A DNA stretch of 64,000 bases from Octopus vulgaris (GCA_951406725.2 OX597834.1:28458001-28522000); one strand, 5' to 3'; shown: positions 48,575 through 62,721, counted from the stretch's first letter. A program made the numbers and translations. Notes: generated by a model not told the origin, from the letters alone.

Positions 48575-50651
48575 GTGGTTGTTTATGCTTGTGGTGGAGC
48601 GTCTCAACAGAGGAGGCACCTATACAGATATTGTTAGTTTAACTGTACAGGTGGTAGCATGTATGTGGTAGTAATTCCAATCAAAGGCACCATCAAATAG
48701 TGTCAATAACTTGCAGATATAGTAAAGGTGAAGGTGATAGTAATGTTTGAAAAGATAAATATAAACAGAATATAAACAGCACCTTGTGAGAAACTGTATT
48801 TCCGCTACAGTATAGGCGCCAGTGTATGTGTGATGGTGTAAATGTAGTAAGGTATGTGCTGTAGTGTGTTTCAACAAAGGCACCTTCAGAGTTAGTATCA
48901 CTGTACCTTAGTGGCAGTAGAGGTGGTAGTATATCTATGTATACATACGTAAAAGAAGAGGTACTTTAAAAGGGGTACCTCTACAGGGTACTGTATGTAG
49001 TACCAGTGACAGTCCTGGTTGATGTTGTTGTACAGTAATGTGTGTGTTTGAGTGTTTGTGTAAATAACAACGTGTGTGTATATGTGGCTGGCTGTATGTG
49101 TGTGTGTGTATGTGTTAAGAAGAATAGTATGTGTACGTATGTCAACAACTCTGTGTGTGTGCGTGTGTGTGTATGAATGATAGTGTGTATCTGTTTAAAT
49201 GCCTATGTGCGTATGTGTGTGTGTGTTTGTATAATCAGTACTGTATGTATATATATATAAACAGCAGTGTGTATAATATGTGGACGTGAATGGCTATGTG
49301 TGTGTGTATGTGTGTGTGTCAATGACTATATATTTATGTAAACAGCAACGTGTTTGTGTAGAATGACAGTGTGTGTATAACTAACAGTATATGCGTGTGT
49401 GTGTGTGCATGTGCGTGTGTGTGTGTGTGTGTGTGTGTGCTCGTGTAGCGGTATATATGTGAAGTATATATATATTATACAATATTCGCGTGTGAGATTC
49501 GTTAGTGCAAAGTAATTAGCAGAGCTTATATGCTATATAATGTGTGTATATATATTTGTATATGTGCATGTGTATATAGGTTCATGCGTGTATTAATTTG
49601 AATATATATTTGTTATATATTGTGTATGTATGTGTATCTGTGAGTTTGGTGTCTACAGTTATGTATTGTCATTCATGTATGTATATGTGTGTAACAATAT
49701 CTTTAACAGTGTGTCTATAAGTTCACAGCCACCTGTATGTGTGTATATATATATGTGTGTGTGTGTGTGTGTATATATGCGTGTGTGTTAATATACGTGC
49801 ATGTGTATATGTGTGATTATGTACCAATTGCGCATGTATGTATGGCTATGCACGAATTGTCTGTGTGTATATATAAATGTGAGGATGTATGAATTGCGTG
49901 TGTATATATGTGATTATGTATGAATTGCATGTGCGTGTATATATATATATATATATGTGCGATTATGTATCAGTTGCGTGTGCATATATAAGTGGATGAC
50001 TATGTATGAAATTGCATGTATGGCTCTACAGTATGTAGATATTTGTTGTATATATATACGTGTGTGTATATTCTGTATGTTCGGTTATATATATGTGTGT
50101 ATGGGATTGCGCGCCTGTGTATATATAGCGTATGCACATTCACATATATCTATCTATCTATGCATTAATATGTATTTCAGTCAACGTGTGTGTGTGTGTG
50201 TTGTGTGTGTGTGTGTGCACGTGTTTATATATGTGTCTGCGTGTGTGCGTGTCTATATATGTGAGTGTCCAGTGTGTGTGTATGAGATATTGGTAAATCA
50301 GAACTGAAAGTAGAATGAAAAAGCGTTGATTAGTACATGTATATACACGCATGTGTGCACACATATCTATACATATATACATATTATACACACATACATA
50401 CACACAGACAGACAGAGAGAGAGAGAAATAGTATATATATGTACACTTTCGGATAGATGTGTACCTCTGTATCCGGAATGAAAAAATATATATATATATT
50501 ACATAAGTGACTATATATTTATTAGTATGACACAGATATGTATGTTTATCTATGAGTATACATGTGCATGTGTGTGTGTGTAAATTTCTATATTTCTATA
50601 TATTTATTGCAAAAATATATCGAATTTTATCATATATTATTGACGTGTGAT

Positions 50652-50692
<41 letters not shown>

Positions 50693-50756
50693 AGCTTAGT
50701 AAATGAGTATATATGAATATCCCCTGTTGGTCCCCTTGCAGATGTCATTTATATAA

Positions 50757-50806
<50 letters not shown>

Positions 50807-50931
50807 ATTTACACACATACATATATATACATACAATATATATGTAAATACATACATTTTTTATATATATATATAAACATTTACACACATACATATATAC
50901 ATACAATATATATATATATATAAATATATAC

Positions 50932-50972
<41 letters not shown>

Positions 50973-51157
50973 TTACACAAATACATATATACATACATAC
51001 ATTTTATATATAAATACATACATTTCATATATATATAAACATTTACACACATACATATATATACATACATTTTATATATAAATACATACATTTCATATAT
51101 ATATAAACATTTACACACATACATATATATACATACATTTTATATATAAATACATAC

Positions 51158-51203
<46 letters not shown>

Positions 51204-51573
51204 AGGCGTTAAAATTTCCAGGCAGGCTTCTGGAGAATCTATACAGGTTTTCTGATAAACAGAAAACACTGTGGCCCAAGCTAATCAAAATACATAGTCT
51301 TCGGCGGTACAAGAACAACAGTCATAAGCACACACGAGTTATATATGTCCACTGATGTGTGTATGATACGTGGGTATAGAGTGAATGAATTGGCTAGTTT
51401 AAATATAGCTTACAGTGGATATTTATATCCTTAAATTAAGACTCTTCTATTCTTGCGTGAATGCTCATCGCTGTGTGTGAATATATATCTATATACATAC
51501 ATACATATATATAGATAGATAGATGCACGTGTGTATATGAAGATCTATAATTGGATTTGCGTGCGTGTAGAAA

Positions 51574-51613
<40 letters not shown>

Positions 51614-51695
51614 GTGTATATAGGTGCGTGTTTTTTGTCTAGGTTTGGAGAGGGGTACAGTTTCAATGTCGTATCTAAATGTCTTTACACACACA

Positions 51696-51743
<48 letters not shown>

Positions 51744-51970
51744 TACATATATATATACACACAGCATGTGTATATGTTTATATAGATATGCGTATTACTA
51801 CACACAAACCTGTCTGTTTATATGTATATATATATATATACACACACCTAAAACTACATGTCTACATAATTTTTTCACTATAATACTCATACCCCTCTCT
51901 GTCTGTATATATATATACTTGTGTGCGTACATATATAATTACGTTTACCTTTGATCACACACACAGATAG

Positions 51971-52001
<31 letters not shown>

Positions 52002-52002
52002 A

Positions 52003-52064
<62 letters not shown>

Positions 52065-52935
52065 GAAGTAGATATGTCTATACAGATGTATAGATGTGTG
52101 TGCATCTATGTTTCGGCATGTGTGTCTGTACTTAAGACGGGTCATATATATATAGACACACATATATATATTAATAATATTTGTCAGTACATGTGTATGA
52201 GGATAAGAGATGTTATATTACGCAAATAAACAGGTGTCCCCCTCCACGTTAATTGTATGACGAATTATATAAAGGTAGAGAAAGCTTTTATTTTCATAGA
52301 TAACATATATGTGCAGTATTGTGCAATCAACCTAATGTATGTTTAACAATACATGTCTATACATCCTGTCTATATTTCACAAAACACACACAGACACACA
52401 CACATGTATACACGTCTCTATGCGTGACAATTATTCACTACATATATGTATATATAAAACGGTTTATGCCGGTAAGTGTGTGTATATGTATGTATATATA
52501 TGACTATGTTGCTTTGAACACGATGCTTTAGGTATGATGAATATAATATATATTTGTACTTACATGCCAAGGTATGCTTGAGTGTGTATAATAATCGAGT
52601 ATATATCCATAACGAATGAAGCCAGTTGCATATATACGCGAAAGCACCTATGCATATATACAGCGTTATGCATACATGTGTGTCTATGTATCCCGGACTT
52701 GAGCTGTCATTGAAAATTCTAAGTTATATATCCTGCTCGCTGTCGGTGTGTGTGTGTATACATATATATATTTATACATGTATGTATTATGTAAGTGTGT
52801 ATTTGTGCATGTATTAGCGTGTTTGTGCCTGCATGTATATATTTTATATACACTCACTCGTCATGTGTGCCCATAAGTTATAGTTCAATGTATGTATTTT
52901 TAGTAATAATATATCCTTGCTTACTCTATGTGTGC

Positions 52936-52988
<53 letters not shown>

Positions 52989-53569
52989 TGAATGTATGTA
53001 TATATATATATATAAATATATATATAAATGAATGTATGTATATATATATATATATGAATATATATATAAGTGAATGTATGTATGTATAACTGTATATATG
53101 TATATATATATACCTGTATGAATGAATCCAGTTATAAATGCACGTATAGATATATATACATATATATTTATGCTATAAATAAATACAATGTTATATTATA
53201 CATACGTACATATATATATATATACACACATATGTATATACCCACCAATTCAGATTGTCAATATATATTTTTAGTAAAAACCTCCCTGCATCCGCTTCTC
53301 TCTCTTTCTAATACTGACGAGTACTCCCGCTTAGAATTATTGTTGTTGTTGTTCTGTTGCTGCTGCTGCTGTCGTTGCTATTATTGTTGTTGTTACTGCT
53401 GCTGCTGCTGTTGATGCTGCTGTTGATGTTAGTGGTGTTGTTGTTGTTGTTGCTGGTGATGTAACGATTTTCCATCTCATTGTCGTGTTTGTGGAGCCGA
53501 AAGATTCCGCTGTTTTTGTTTGAATTTAGAGATCTCCTCCTCTCTATCGTTCACCCACCCATGCTCTTG

Positions 53570-53629
53570 GCGCTCTCTCTCTTCGTTTGTCCCTTTTTCA
53601 TACTCACCTCTCTCTCTCCTTCTTTCTTT

Positions 53630-53663
<34 letters not shown>

Positions 53664-53727
53664 CTAAATATCTATTTATCTATCTATCTATCTTCCTACC
53701 TACGTACCTACCTACCTACCTACCTAC

Positions 53728-53765
<38 letters not shown>

Positions 53766-53841
53766 GTCTGTCTGTCTATCTATCTGTCTGTCTGTCTATC
53801 TATCTGTTTGTCTGTCTGTCCATCTGTCTGTCTGTCTATTG

Positions 53842-53908
<67 letters not shown>

Positions 53909-54023
53909 GTCTTACTCTCTCTCTCTCTCTCTATTTATCCCTACCACTATCACCCCTCGCCTTTTCCCTATACTTTCTGATTTCTCTGCCTTTTTACGGA
54001 TCTCTCTCTCTGTCTCTCCCTTC

Positions 54024-54067
<44 letters not shown>

Positions 54068-55285
54068 TCTAGATATGTATATTTTCAGTTCCTCTTTTCT
54101 ATCTCCTTCTTCCTTTCGCACCCTCTCTACGTCCCTCTCTCTCTTTTTATCAATCATTTACCCTCCCCTCTTATAAAACCTATTACCTCTTCATTCTCTC
54201 TCTCCCTCCCTCACTCTATACCTCTAGGTCATTCTCTTCCATTATCTTCTATTCTCTCTTTGACGCCAATATTCTTTCCATCCTTCTCTTTAATCCCCCC
54301 CCTTCCATTGTCTTTTGGCTTTTTTTTCCCCGTTAGGGCGCTTTTCCCGCCTCAACATCCGTCCCTTCTTTTCCAAATCTTCTTCTCTCTCTCTCTCTAT
54401 TTATCTCTCTCATTTCCTTCTCTTCTATTCTCTTTCCTTCTCTTTCCTAATAGTTTCCCTTTAATACTCTTTCTCCCTTTCACCACTCATTCAACATCCT
54501 TCACTCTCACCTCTCTCTCATTTCTCCTTTTCATTTGTCTGGGTTTTTTTTCACCTCACTCAAGCTCTGTCCCTCACTTTCACATTTCTCCTTCATTTCT
54601 CTCTCTCTCACGTCTTTCTTCCTCTTCTTTTCTCTCTATCACTCTTTCTCTCTTTCACTTCTCATTCAATATCCCATCTTTCTTTCTCATGTTACCCTCA
54701 CCTCTCTCTCTTTCATTTGTCAGTCTTTCACTTCTCTCTCTCACGTCTTTCTTCCTCTTCTTTTCTCTCTATTACTCTTTCTCTCTTTCACTTCTCATTC
54801 AATATCCCATCTTTCTTTCTCATGTTACTCTCACCTCTCTCTCTTTCATTTGTCAGTCTTTCACTTCTCTCTCATTTTGTCTCTCTCTCTTCTCTCTTTC
54901 TCACTTTAATCTCTCTCACATCTCTCTTTCAATTTTTCTCTCACATGTCTGTCTTTCACTTCTCTTACTCCTCCTCTCACATCTATCTCTCACACTTTCT
55001 CTTATTTCTCTGTGTCTCCATTTTCTCCTCTTTCTTCTTTTTCTAATTTCTCTAACTTTTATACCTCTTTCTTCATTCTCTCATTTCTCTCTCAATCTGT
55101 TTCACTTCTCTCTTTCACTACTCTCTCTTACATTCATTCTCGTTTATCCCAATGGCCCTCATCCTCTCTCTCTCTCTCTCTCTCTCTTAATTCCTCTCTT
55201 TTTCTTCCCTTCATTCACTGTACTTCTTTCTCGCTTACCTTCACTTTTTCATTCTCGTACTTTCTCTTTTTCTTAACTCTTTCTC
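53570..55285. repeat. Polypyrimidine (CT)/(CTAT) low-complexity block with a ~130-bp internal duplication (54590-54870)
   Basis: Direct inspection. Confidence 0.9.
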
Positions 55286-55648
55286 TTTTTCTCTTTTTAC
55301 TCTTTTACTTGTTTCAGTCATTTGACCCCGGGACTTATTCTTTGTGAGCCCAGTACTTATTCTATCGGTCTCTTTTGCCGAACCGCTAAGTGACGGGGAC
55401 GTAAACACACCAGCATCGGCTGTCAAGCAATGCTAGGGGGACAAACACAGACACACAAACACACACACACACACACATACATATATACATATATACGACA
55501 GGCTTCTTTCAGTTTCCGTCTACCAAATCCACTCACAAGGCTTTGGTCAGCCCAGAAGACACTTGCCCAAGATGCCGCGCAGTGGGACTGAACCCGGAAC
55601 CATGTGGCTGGTTAGCAAGCTACTTACCACACAGCCACTCCTGCGCCT
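55285..55648 (-). mobile_element. SINE family A with small internal deletions
   Basis: Head, core and tail motifs. Confidence 0.88.
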
Positions 55649-56306
55649 ATAACTCTTCCATGCTTCTTTCTCTCTTTCTCTCTCTCACCCTTTAACTTTA
55701 TTCCTCTTCTCTCATTCCCCCTATCCTTCCAATCTCTTATTCTGTTTCCAATTTACGTAATTTTTTTCATATTCCTCTTTCACTCTAACGATTACTCTTT
55801 CTCTTTCCTTGTTCTCTCTTCTCACATCACCTCTTCTCGCCCTCCCCGCTCTCTCTCTCTTACCGGTAGGGCTTTTTATTTGCTTTGCTGTTATCACCGC
55901 TGTCTGAAGTGATGATAAAATCGTCGTTGTCATCGTCATCGTCGTCGTTGTTGTTGATGCTAAACCCCCAAAACATATCTTATTGAACAGACTCATAATC
56001 AAAGGCGTAGCCTTCCTGTCATTTCCTTCTTCAGACAGCTGATATGTGATTTGAGGAAGATTTGATTGATATTTCTAGGAGTTTAACCGACCACACACAG
56101 TCTGGCTCTTTGGTGTGGTGTGGTGTGGCGTGTTGTTGTATCGTCGTCGGTGTAGTTGTTGCTGTTTAGCCCCAGGTTGACCCTTATCGAGCAGACAACT
56201 TGTAATCAAAGGCTATTCAATCCACCACTATCCTGTCCATTTAGCCATTGTTATTTAGCCTCTGATGAGATATATCCCGTCCAATTAGTTTGTTGTTATT
56301 CAGCCT

Positions 56307-56528
56307 GTCACCACACTTCGGTGTAATGACAGGCTCAAAATGAGACAGTCACCACACTTCGGTGTAATGACAGGCTCAAAATGAGACAGTCACCACACTT
56401 CGGTATAATGACAGGCTCAAAATGAGACAGTCACCACACTTCGGTGTAATGACAGGCTCAAAATGAGACAGTCACCACACTTCGGTGTAATGACAGGCTC
56501 AAAATGAGACAGTCACCACACCTCGGTG
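56307..56528 (+). repeat. 41-bp tandem array, 5.4 units
   Basis: Unit GTCACCACACTTCGGTGTAATGACAGGCTCAAAATGAGACA; one substitution among the five full units. Confidence 0.97.
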
Positions 56529-56562
56529 GTGACTGTCTCGTTTTATTGTGTGAAGGAAATCT

Positions 56563-56971
56563 GGATCTTTACTTTTTGAACGGCACTTTGTAACATCATT
56601 TCTAGGTAACTAAAAACTTTTAAACTTCGTATACTGGTAGAATGTGTTTATAAAACATCATTTTTTCTTGGCTTTATTGAGAAAATTCTATATGTTGTAA
56701 CATATTTCGTCTTTAATTTCGAGCATTTCGGCAATTTTAACCAATCGCTGACGTCCATTTAGGTAAATAGCATTCTGTGCATAATGAATATGTCCCTCCT
56801 TTAAGAAATAGATTGGGTTTATTTACATTTGTAAAGAAAAAAGATACTTTTCCCCCATCCCTAACCCTAACCCTAACTCTAACCCTAAATCTAAAATAAA
56901 TTGAAATGCAATAGATCGATACTAGGGTTATAATTATGGGTGACAATTTCATACGACACCGCTACGGAAAA
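56563..56971. mobile_element. Second, inverted and older copy of the 14254-14669 MITE
   Basis: Shared AAACTTCGTATACTGGTAGAATGTGTTTATAAAACATC and GATCGATACTAGGGT.ATAATTATGGGTGACAATTTC; (CCCTAA)n at 56859-56889. Confidence 0.85.
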
Positions 56972-57586
56972 TGGGATTTTTTTCTAGCGGTGTCAAATGA
57001 AATTGCTTTACTCTTAGGAGACAGCTCGTAAGGTACCCAGTTCCCTTCTCTATATTATACACTTTTCCCAATCTACTTGAGGTGATCTCGTACAGTGGAC
57101 CAAGGTTTATTAAACCTTCAGGTTGCGCGAATTCTCTTCAGTTGTTGCTTTCACTTCATCATTATTGCTAACAGTTAGTCTTCGTGATCGGTACACATCC
57201 AGAAGATCGAAATCACCGTTTTTTTTTTTTAATTTGCTAAACTACCTTTGGCATTTCCGAATACTCACACCGTCAAGAAAAACAGTGCATATGCTTACCC
57301 TTGCACGTGTTGCATTGTTGCCCTCACAAAATTCCTAAAGTATGCAGTGCCAACTATGCAGGTTACTAAAGTTTTTGTCTTCCAGGGGCTATCAGATACA
57401 GCATATACACATACAGTACGTATCCAAATTAACGCTTAGACGTTAGTTCTAAGCTGACTGGTTAATTGGAATGGCATCTTTTGTTGGCTTGTAAACTATT
57501 TGTGGTACGATGTCAGACTGCTTGCTTGGAAGTACGCCATTACTTTTCAGTACTCCTAATACACACACATCATATTTCATGTTTTA

Positions 57587-57706
57587 TTTTTCTGATGAAG
57601 GACCTGCATCCGAAACGTTAAGACTCTTTCTCTTCTCTTTAAGTATTGAGCTAATAGACATTTGTTAGAACTTGTCTCTCCTATGTTGTCCTCTTTTTGT
57701 GCTCAT
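57587..57706 (+). mobile_element. Penelope-like terminus with minimal hammerhead core
   Basis: CTGATGA-A-GGA-CCTGCA-TCC-GAAACGTT, then a pyrimidine-rich tail. Confidence 0.65.
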
Positions 57707-58404
57707 TACCTAGTATACATATAAACACACACGTGTGTGTATACGTGTATACTATATACGCACACACATACACACATTGTGTATGTGTCTGTGAGAGAGA
57801 GAGAGAGAGAAATAAAGGAAGAAAGGAAGAAAGAAAAGCAGAGATAGATAGATAGATAGATAAATAAATAGATAGATAGATAGACAGATAGATAGAGAGA
57901 GGAGGAGAGGGAGAGAGGGGGCTGGAGATGGGACATTACGATGTATTATTTGAACAAGATTGACATAAAGGACTTTCTCTCTCCTCACACACATGAAGTG
58001 AAATATGCTTACACTCATATAAACAGAGAGAGAGAGAGAGAGAGAGATAGAGAAGGGGGGAGAGAAAGAGGAGAGAAGGGAGAGAGAATGGTTTTGCAAT
58101 GTATCAATTGAACTCGATTGACATAGATCACTTACCCTCTCCTCATACACATAAATTGAAATATTCTTACACACATCTGAATAAAGCGTGAGATAGAAAG
58201 AGAGGTAGAGAGAGAAAAGGAGGAGAAAGAGGGGAGAGGAAGGGGAGAGAGAAGGGACTGTATTGTGAGATGTTTTGGTATGGTGCGGTGTATGATGGTT
58301 TGTTGTGGTGTATTGTGATATTTTGTAGTTTTTTTGACATATTGTAAGGTGTTGTGTATTGTAATGTGTTGTGCATTGTAATGTGTTGTGTATCGTGATG
58401 CAGT

Positions 58405-58798
58405 GTGGAGGCGCAATGGCCCAGTGGTTAGGGCAGCGGACTCGCGGTCATAGGATCGCGGTTTCGATTCCCAGACCGGGCGTTGTGAGTGTTTATTGAG
58501 CGAAAACACCTAAAAGCTCCACGAGGCTCCGGCAGGGGATGGTGGTGATCCCTGTTGTACTCTTTCACCACAACTTTCTCTCACTCTTACTTCCTGTTTC
58601 TGTTGTACCTGTATTTCAAAGGGCCGGCCTTGTCACTCTCTGTGTCACGCTGAATGTCCCCGAGAACTACGTTAAGGGTGCACGTGTCTGTGGAGTGCTC
58701 AGCCACTTACACGTTAATTTCACGAGCAGGCTGTTCCGTTGATTCGGATCAACCGGAACCTTCATCGTCGTAACCGACGGAGTGCATCCATTGGTTCC
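58405..58798 (+). mobile_element. SINE family C1, full length with TSD
   Basis: TSD ATCGTGATGC(A/G)GT at 58392-58404 and 58799-58811; interrupts a (TGTTG)-type satellite. Confidence 0.92.
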
Positions 58799-58811
58799 AT
58801 CGTGATGCGGT

Positions 58812-59400
58812 GTATTATGGTTTGTTGCGGCGTGTTGTGTTGTGGTTTGTTTTGGTGTTTTGTGATGTGTTGTGATATTTTGTTGTGTTTGTGTGTGTGT
58901 TGCAATGTGTTGTGTGTCGTAATTTGTTGTATATTGTGATGTGTTGTGGCTTGTTGTTGCGTGTTGTGTTGTGGTTTGCTGTGGTGTTGTGTGCTGTGTT
59001 GTGATGTGGTGTGGTGTTGTGATGTGTTGTGGCTTGTTGTTGCGTGTTGTGTTGTGGTTTGCTGTGGTGTTGTGTGCTGTGTTGTGATGTGGTGTGGTGT
59101 GGCTTGTTGTTGCGTGTTGTGTTGTGGTTTGCTGTGGTGTTGTGTGCTGTGCTGTGTTGTGATGTGGTGTGGTGTTGTGATGTGCTGTGATGTACTGTGA
59201 TGTTTTGTAGTGTTTTGTGTTGTGATGTGCTGTGTTGTGTTGTGTTTGTCCTGGTTTGCTTGTAGTGTGTTTTGTAATGTGCTGTGGTGTGGTGTTGTGA
59301 TGTGCTGCAATGTATTGTGATGTTTTGTAGTGCTTTGTGTTGTGATGTGGTGTGCTGTGGTTCGTTGTGGTGAAGTATGCTGTGTTGTGTTGTAATGTTT
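58812..59400. repeat. Degenerate pentanucleotide (TGTTG/TGTGG/TGTGA) satellite
   Basis: Direct inspection; continues left of the SINE at 58260-58400. Confidence 0.9.
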
Positions 59401-60047
59401 AACGGTGGTGTGTTATAAGGGTTTGAAGAAAACAGCGAATTCGGAAGCAACGGTTTCAAGAGAGGAAGGTTAGTGAGAGACAGGAGGAAATTGCTTACCG
59501 AAATTGAATGAGGGTCAGTTCGATGGAGAGTAAACAAGAGACGGACGTTATATAATGTCAGACAGAAGACAGAAGACTGGAAAGGAAGAGGAGAGAGAAA
59601 GAACGAGAAGATAATGGTGGTGGTGGTAGTGGTGGGACTGTGTTTTGGTGTTTTGGTATGGTATCGTGAGTTTTGGCAAAGAGCAGTTGTGTATTAGAAC
59701 GGTGTGATGTGTTTTGGCAAAGCTGTTTGGACTTGAGGTATGGTGAGAGAGAGAAGAGAGAGAGGGAGAGAGAGAGAGAGAGAAAGGGAGAGGGAGAGAT
59801 GGGGAGAGAAAGAGAGAGGGAGAGATGGGGAGAGAAATAGAGAGGGAGAGATGGGGAGAGAAAGAGAGAGGGAGAGAGAGAAAGAGAGAGGGAGAGATGG
59901 GGAGAGAAAGAGAGAGGGAGAGAGAGAAGAGAGAGAGAGAGAGAAAGAGAGAGGGAGAGATGGGGAGAGAAAGGAGAGAAGGGGATAAAAGAAGGAATGA
60001 ATACAGAATAGAGAAAAAGGAAGAGGGGAAAAAATAGAGAAAGGTGT

Positions 60048-60103
<56 letters not shown>

Positions 60104-60183
60104 CGGTATAGAGTCTGAGATATAGGGAGAGGGAAGAAAGCGGAAGAAAAAGATAGGGAGGGAGAGATGAAGAGAGAGGGAGA

Positions 60184-60233
<50 letters not shown>

Positions 60234-60348
60234 GAGAGAGATAGATAGATGGACGGACAGACAGACAGACAAAAACCAAAGAGAGAAGACAAAAGGAAAT
60301 AAATTGTGGGGATGAAATGTTTATACATTAAAAGTGAGAGATAAGAAG

Positions 60349-60382
<34 letters not shown>

Positions 60383-60874
60383 CTGGGATCCTTTCGTTCC
60401 ATATTATACATATACATAAGACGGTGCCCCAGCATGACCATAGTCCATTGACTGTAACAAGTAAATTATAAAAGATAAGGCAAAAGAACGGGAGAGGTAG
60501 GGAGAGAAAGGAGAGAAGTGTTAGTAATAAAAGAACAAAAGACCAGCTTCTATATAAGGCGAAATAGAAACATGAATTTGGTGGAGGAAAGAAAGGGGTC
60601 AGTACTGTAAGATGAATGGGACCAGGGTAATGTAATACATGCATAGGGAAAGGCGTGGCTGTGTGGTAAGAATTTTACTTCCCCAATTAGGGTTCAGTCC
60701 CACCGCTTGACACCTTGGGTTAGTGTCTTTTACTATTAATCTCCGGCCGACCAAAGCTTTGTGAGTGGATTTGGTTGACGGAGTAGGAAAGAGGACCGTC
60801 GTAAATATATATATAGGACCGTCGTAAATATATATATATATATATATATATATTTATCCCGTATGTATGTTTGT

Positions 60875-61107
60875 ATATTTCTTTACTACCCACAAGGGCT
60901 AAACATAGAGGGGACAAACAAGGACAGACAAAGGGATTAAGTCGATTACATCGGCCCCATTGGGTAACTGGTACTTAATTTATCGACCCCGAAAGGATGA
61001 AAGGCAAAGTCGACCTCGGCGGAATTTGAACTCACAACGTAACGACAGACGAAATACCGCTAAGCATTTCGCCCGGCGCGCTAACGTTTCTGCCAGCTCG
61101 CCGCCTT
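60875..61107 (-). mobile_element. SINE family B1, full length
   Basis: Full match to the B1 pattern. Confidence 0.9.
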
Positions 61108-61110
61108 TTA

Positions 61111-61141
<31 letters not shown>

Positions 61142-61163
61142 TGTATGTATGTATGTATGTATG

Positions 61164-61253
<90 letters not shown>

Positions 61254-61379
61254 CGTGTCTGTACATACGTTTATGAGTTTGTGTCGCAAGGTTCCTGATG
61301 TGAAACCGTGTGTTGAAACATATATTGTTATATTTCGGGACGGCCATTTTGTTTTTTGTTTTTTTCGTCTTTGCCAAAT

Positions 61380-61431
<52 letters not shown>

Positions 61432-61450
61432 TTTATTCGTTCTCCACTCG

Positions 61451-61631
61451 TTTACTACTGTTCTTATTTTAACTGATGTCCATTGTACGGGAATCTTTCG
61501 TCACACACCTGTGACCTCTTCAGCTATACTTTCTGACCTCGCGTATGCTCCTGCTCCGCTGAAGAGGTCACAGATGTGTGACGAAAGATTTCCGGACAAT
61601 GGACATCAGTTAAAATAAGAACAGTAATAAA
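61451..61631. mobile_element. Hairpin mini-element (74-bp arms, 33-bp loop), Penelope-like inverted termini
   Basis: 61451-61524 vs 61558-61631, 4 mismatches, no indels. Confidence 0.8.
61555..61596 (+). ncRNA. Minimal type I hammerhead ribozyme motif
   Basis: TCCG-CTGAAGA-G-GTCACA-GATG-TGTGAC-GAAA-GATT-TC-CGGA: stem I TCCG/CGGA, stem II GTCACA/TGTGAC, predicted cleavage after C61592. Confidence 0.7.
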
Positions 61632-61652
61632 AAAAAATGACCATCCCGTATA

Positions 61653-61816
61653 GGCATAAGAGTGGCTGTGTCGTAAGTAGCTTGCTTGCTAACCACATAG
61701 TTCCGGGTTCAGTCGCACTGCGTGGCACCTTGGGCAAGTGTCTTCTACTATAGCCTCGGGCCAACCAAAGCCTTGTGAGTGGATTTGGTAGACGGAAACT
61801 GAAAGAAAAGCCCGTC

Positions 61817-61817
<1 letters not shown>
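61653..61817 (+). mobile_element. SINE family A, 5' half ending in its microsatellite
   Basis: Head and core, then (TA)n(TCTA)n. Confidence 0.85.
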
Positions 61818-61861
<44 letters not shown>

Positions 61862-61869
61862 CATATATA

Positions 61870-61962
<93 letters not shown>

Positions 61963-62644
61963 CAAAAAAGAAATAGGGGAGTAGGAGTGGAATAAATCGG
62001 AAAGGAAATGGGAGGATAATGATGATCAGTAGGAGGAGAAGAAAGCAGGGGAAGGGTTGTGACGTAAAAGGGAGATGAAAGTGGGGAGAGGACAGTCATA
62101 AGGCGAGAAGGATGGAAGGGGTGGAAGACTACGAAAGAAGGAGGACAAAAGAAGGAGGAAAGAAGTGGAGACGAGGAAGAGGAGGAGGAGGAGAAGAGAG
62201 TAACAGTTATAAGGCGAGAAGAACCTAAAAAAAGAAGAGGAAAGAAAGGAGACAGAAGAGGGGGAGGAGGAGGAGAAGAAGAGAGTAACAGTTATAAGGC
62301 GAGAAGAACCTAAAAAAAGAAGAGGAAAGAAAGGAGACAGAAGAGGGGGAGGAGGAGGAGGAGGAGAAGAAGAAGAAGAAGAAGAAGAAGAAGAAGAAGA
62401 AGAAGAAGAAGAAGACATCATGAGCAAGAGAATGAGAATGAGAGTTATAAGGCAAGAAAAGCAGAAAGACAAGTAATGAATAAGGCGGGATTATTAGATG
62501 ATAAATAAAGGAAAAGTTAATCCTTTCGTGAACTTTATAGTAATGTTTTGATTAGACAGAGAGAGGGAGTAAGAGAGAGACAGAGAGAAAAAGGGAGAGA
62601 GGAGAAAATGAGAAAGAGAGAAGAGAGGGACAGAGAGAGAGCGA

Positions 62645-62664
62645 GAGAGAACAGAGCGTGTAAC

Positions 62665-62711
<47 letters not shown>

Positions 62712-62721
62712 CAGAGCGTGT

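Noticed and set aside
53308-53475. ~55-aa Asn/Ser-rich minus-strand ORF (MENRYITSNNN...)
   Set aside because: Mostly (CAA)/(CAG) repeat and short; could be UTR sequence but not supportable as CDS
56262-56285. CTGATGA hammerhead-like box
   Set aside because: No stem II or GAAA box follows
56307-56528. CRISPR-like array
   Set aside because: The linkers are identical rather than unique spacers, there are no cas genes, and the context is eukaryotic
56859-56889. Telomere or chromosome-fusion relic (CCCTAA)n
   Set aside because: Only about 5 imperfect units, inside a MITE that has a second copy at 14254-14669
58405-58480. tRNA genes (also 34038, 9600-9675, 45513)
   Set aside because: A/B boxes continue into SINE bodies bounded by TSDs; no proper acceptor stem or terminator
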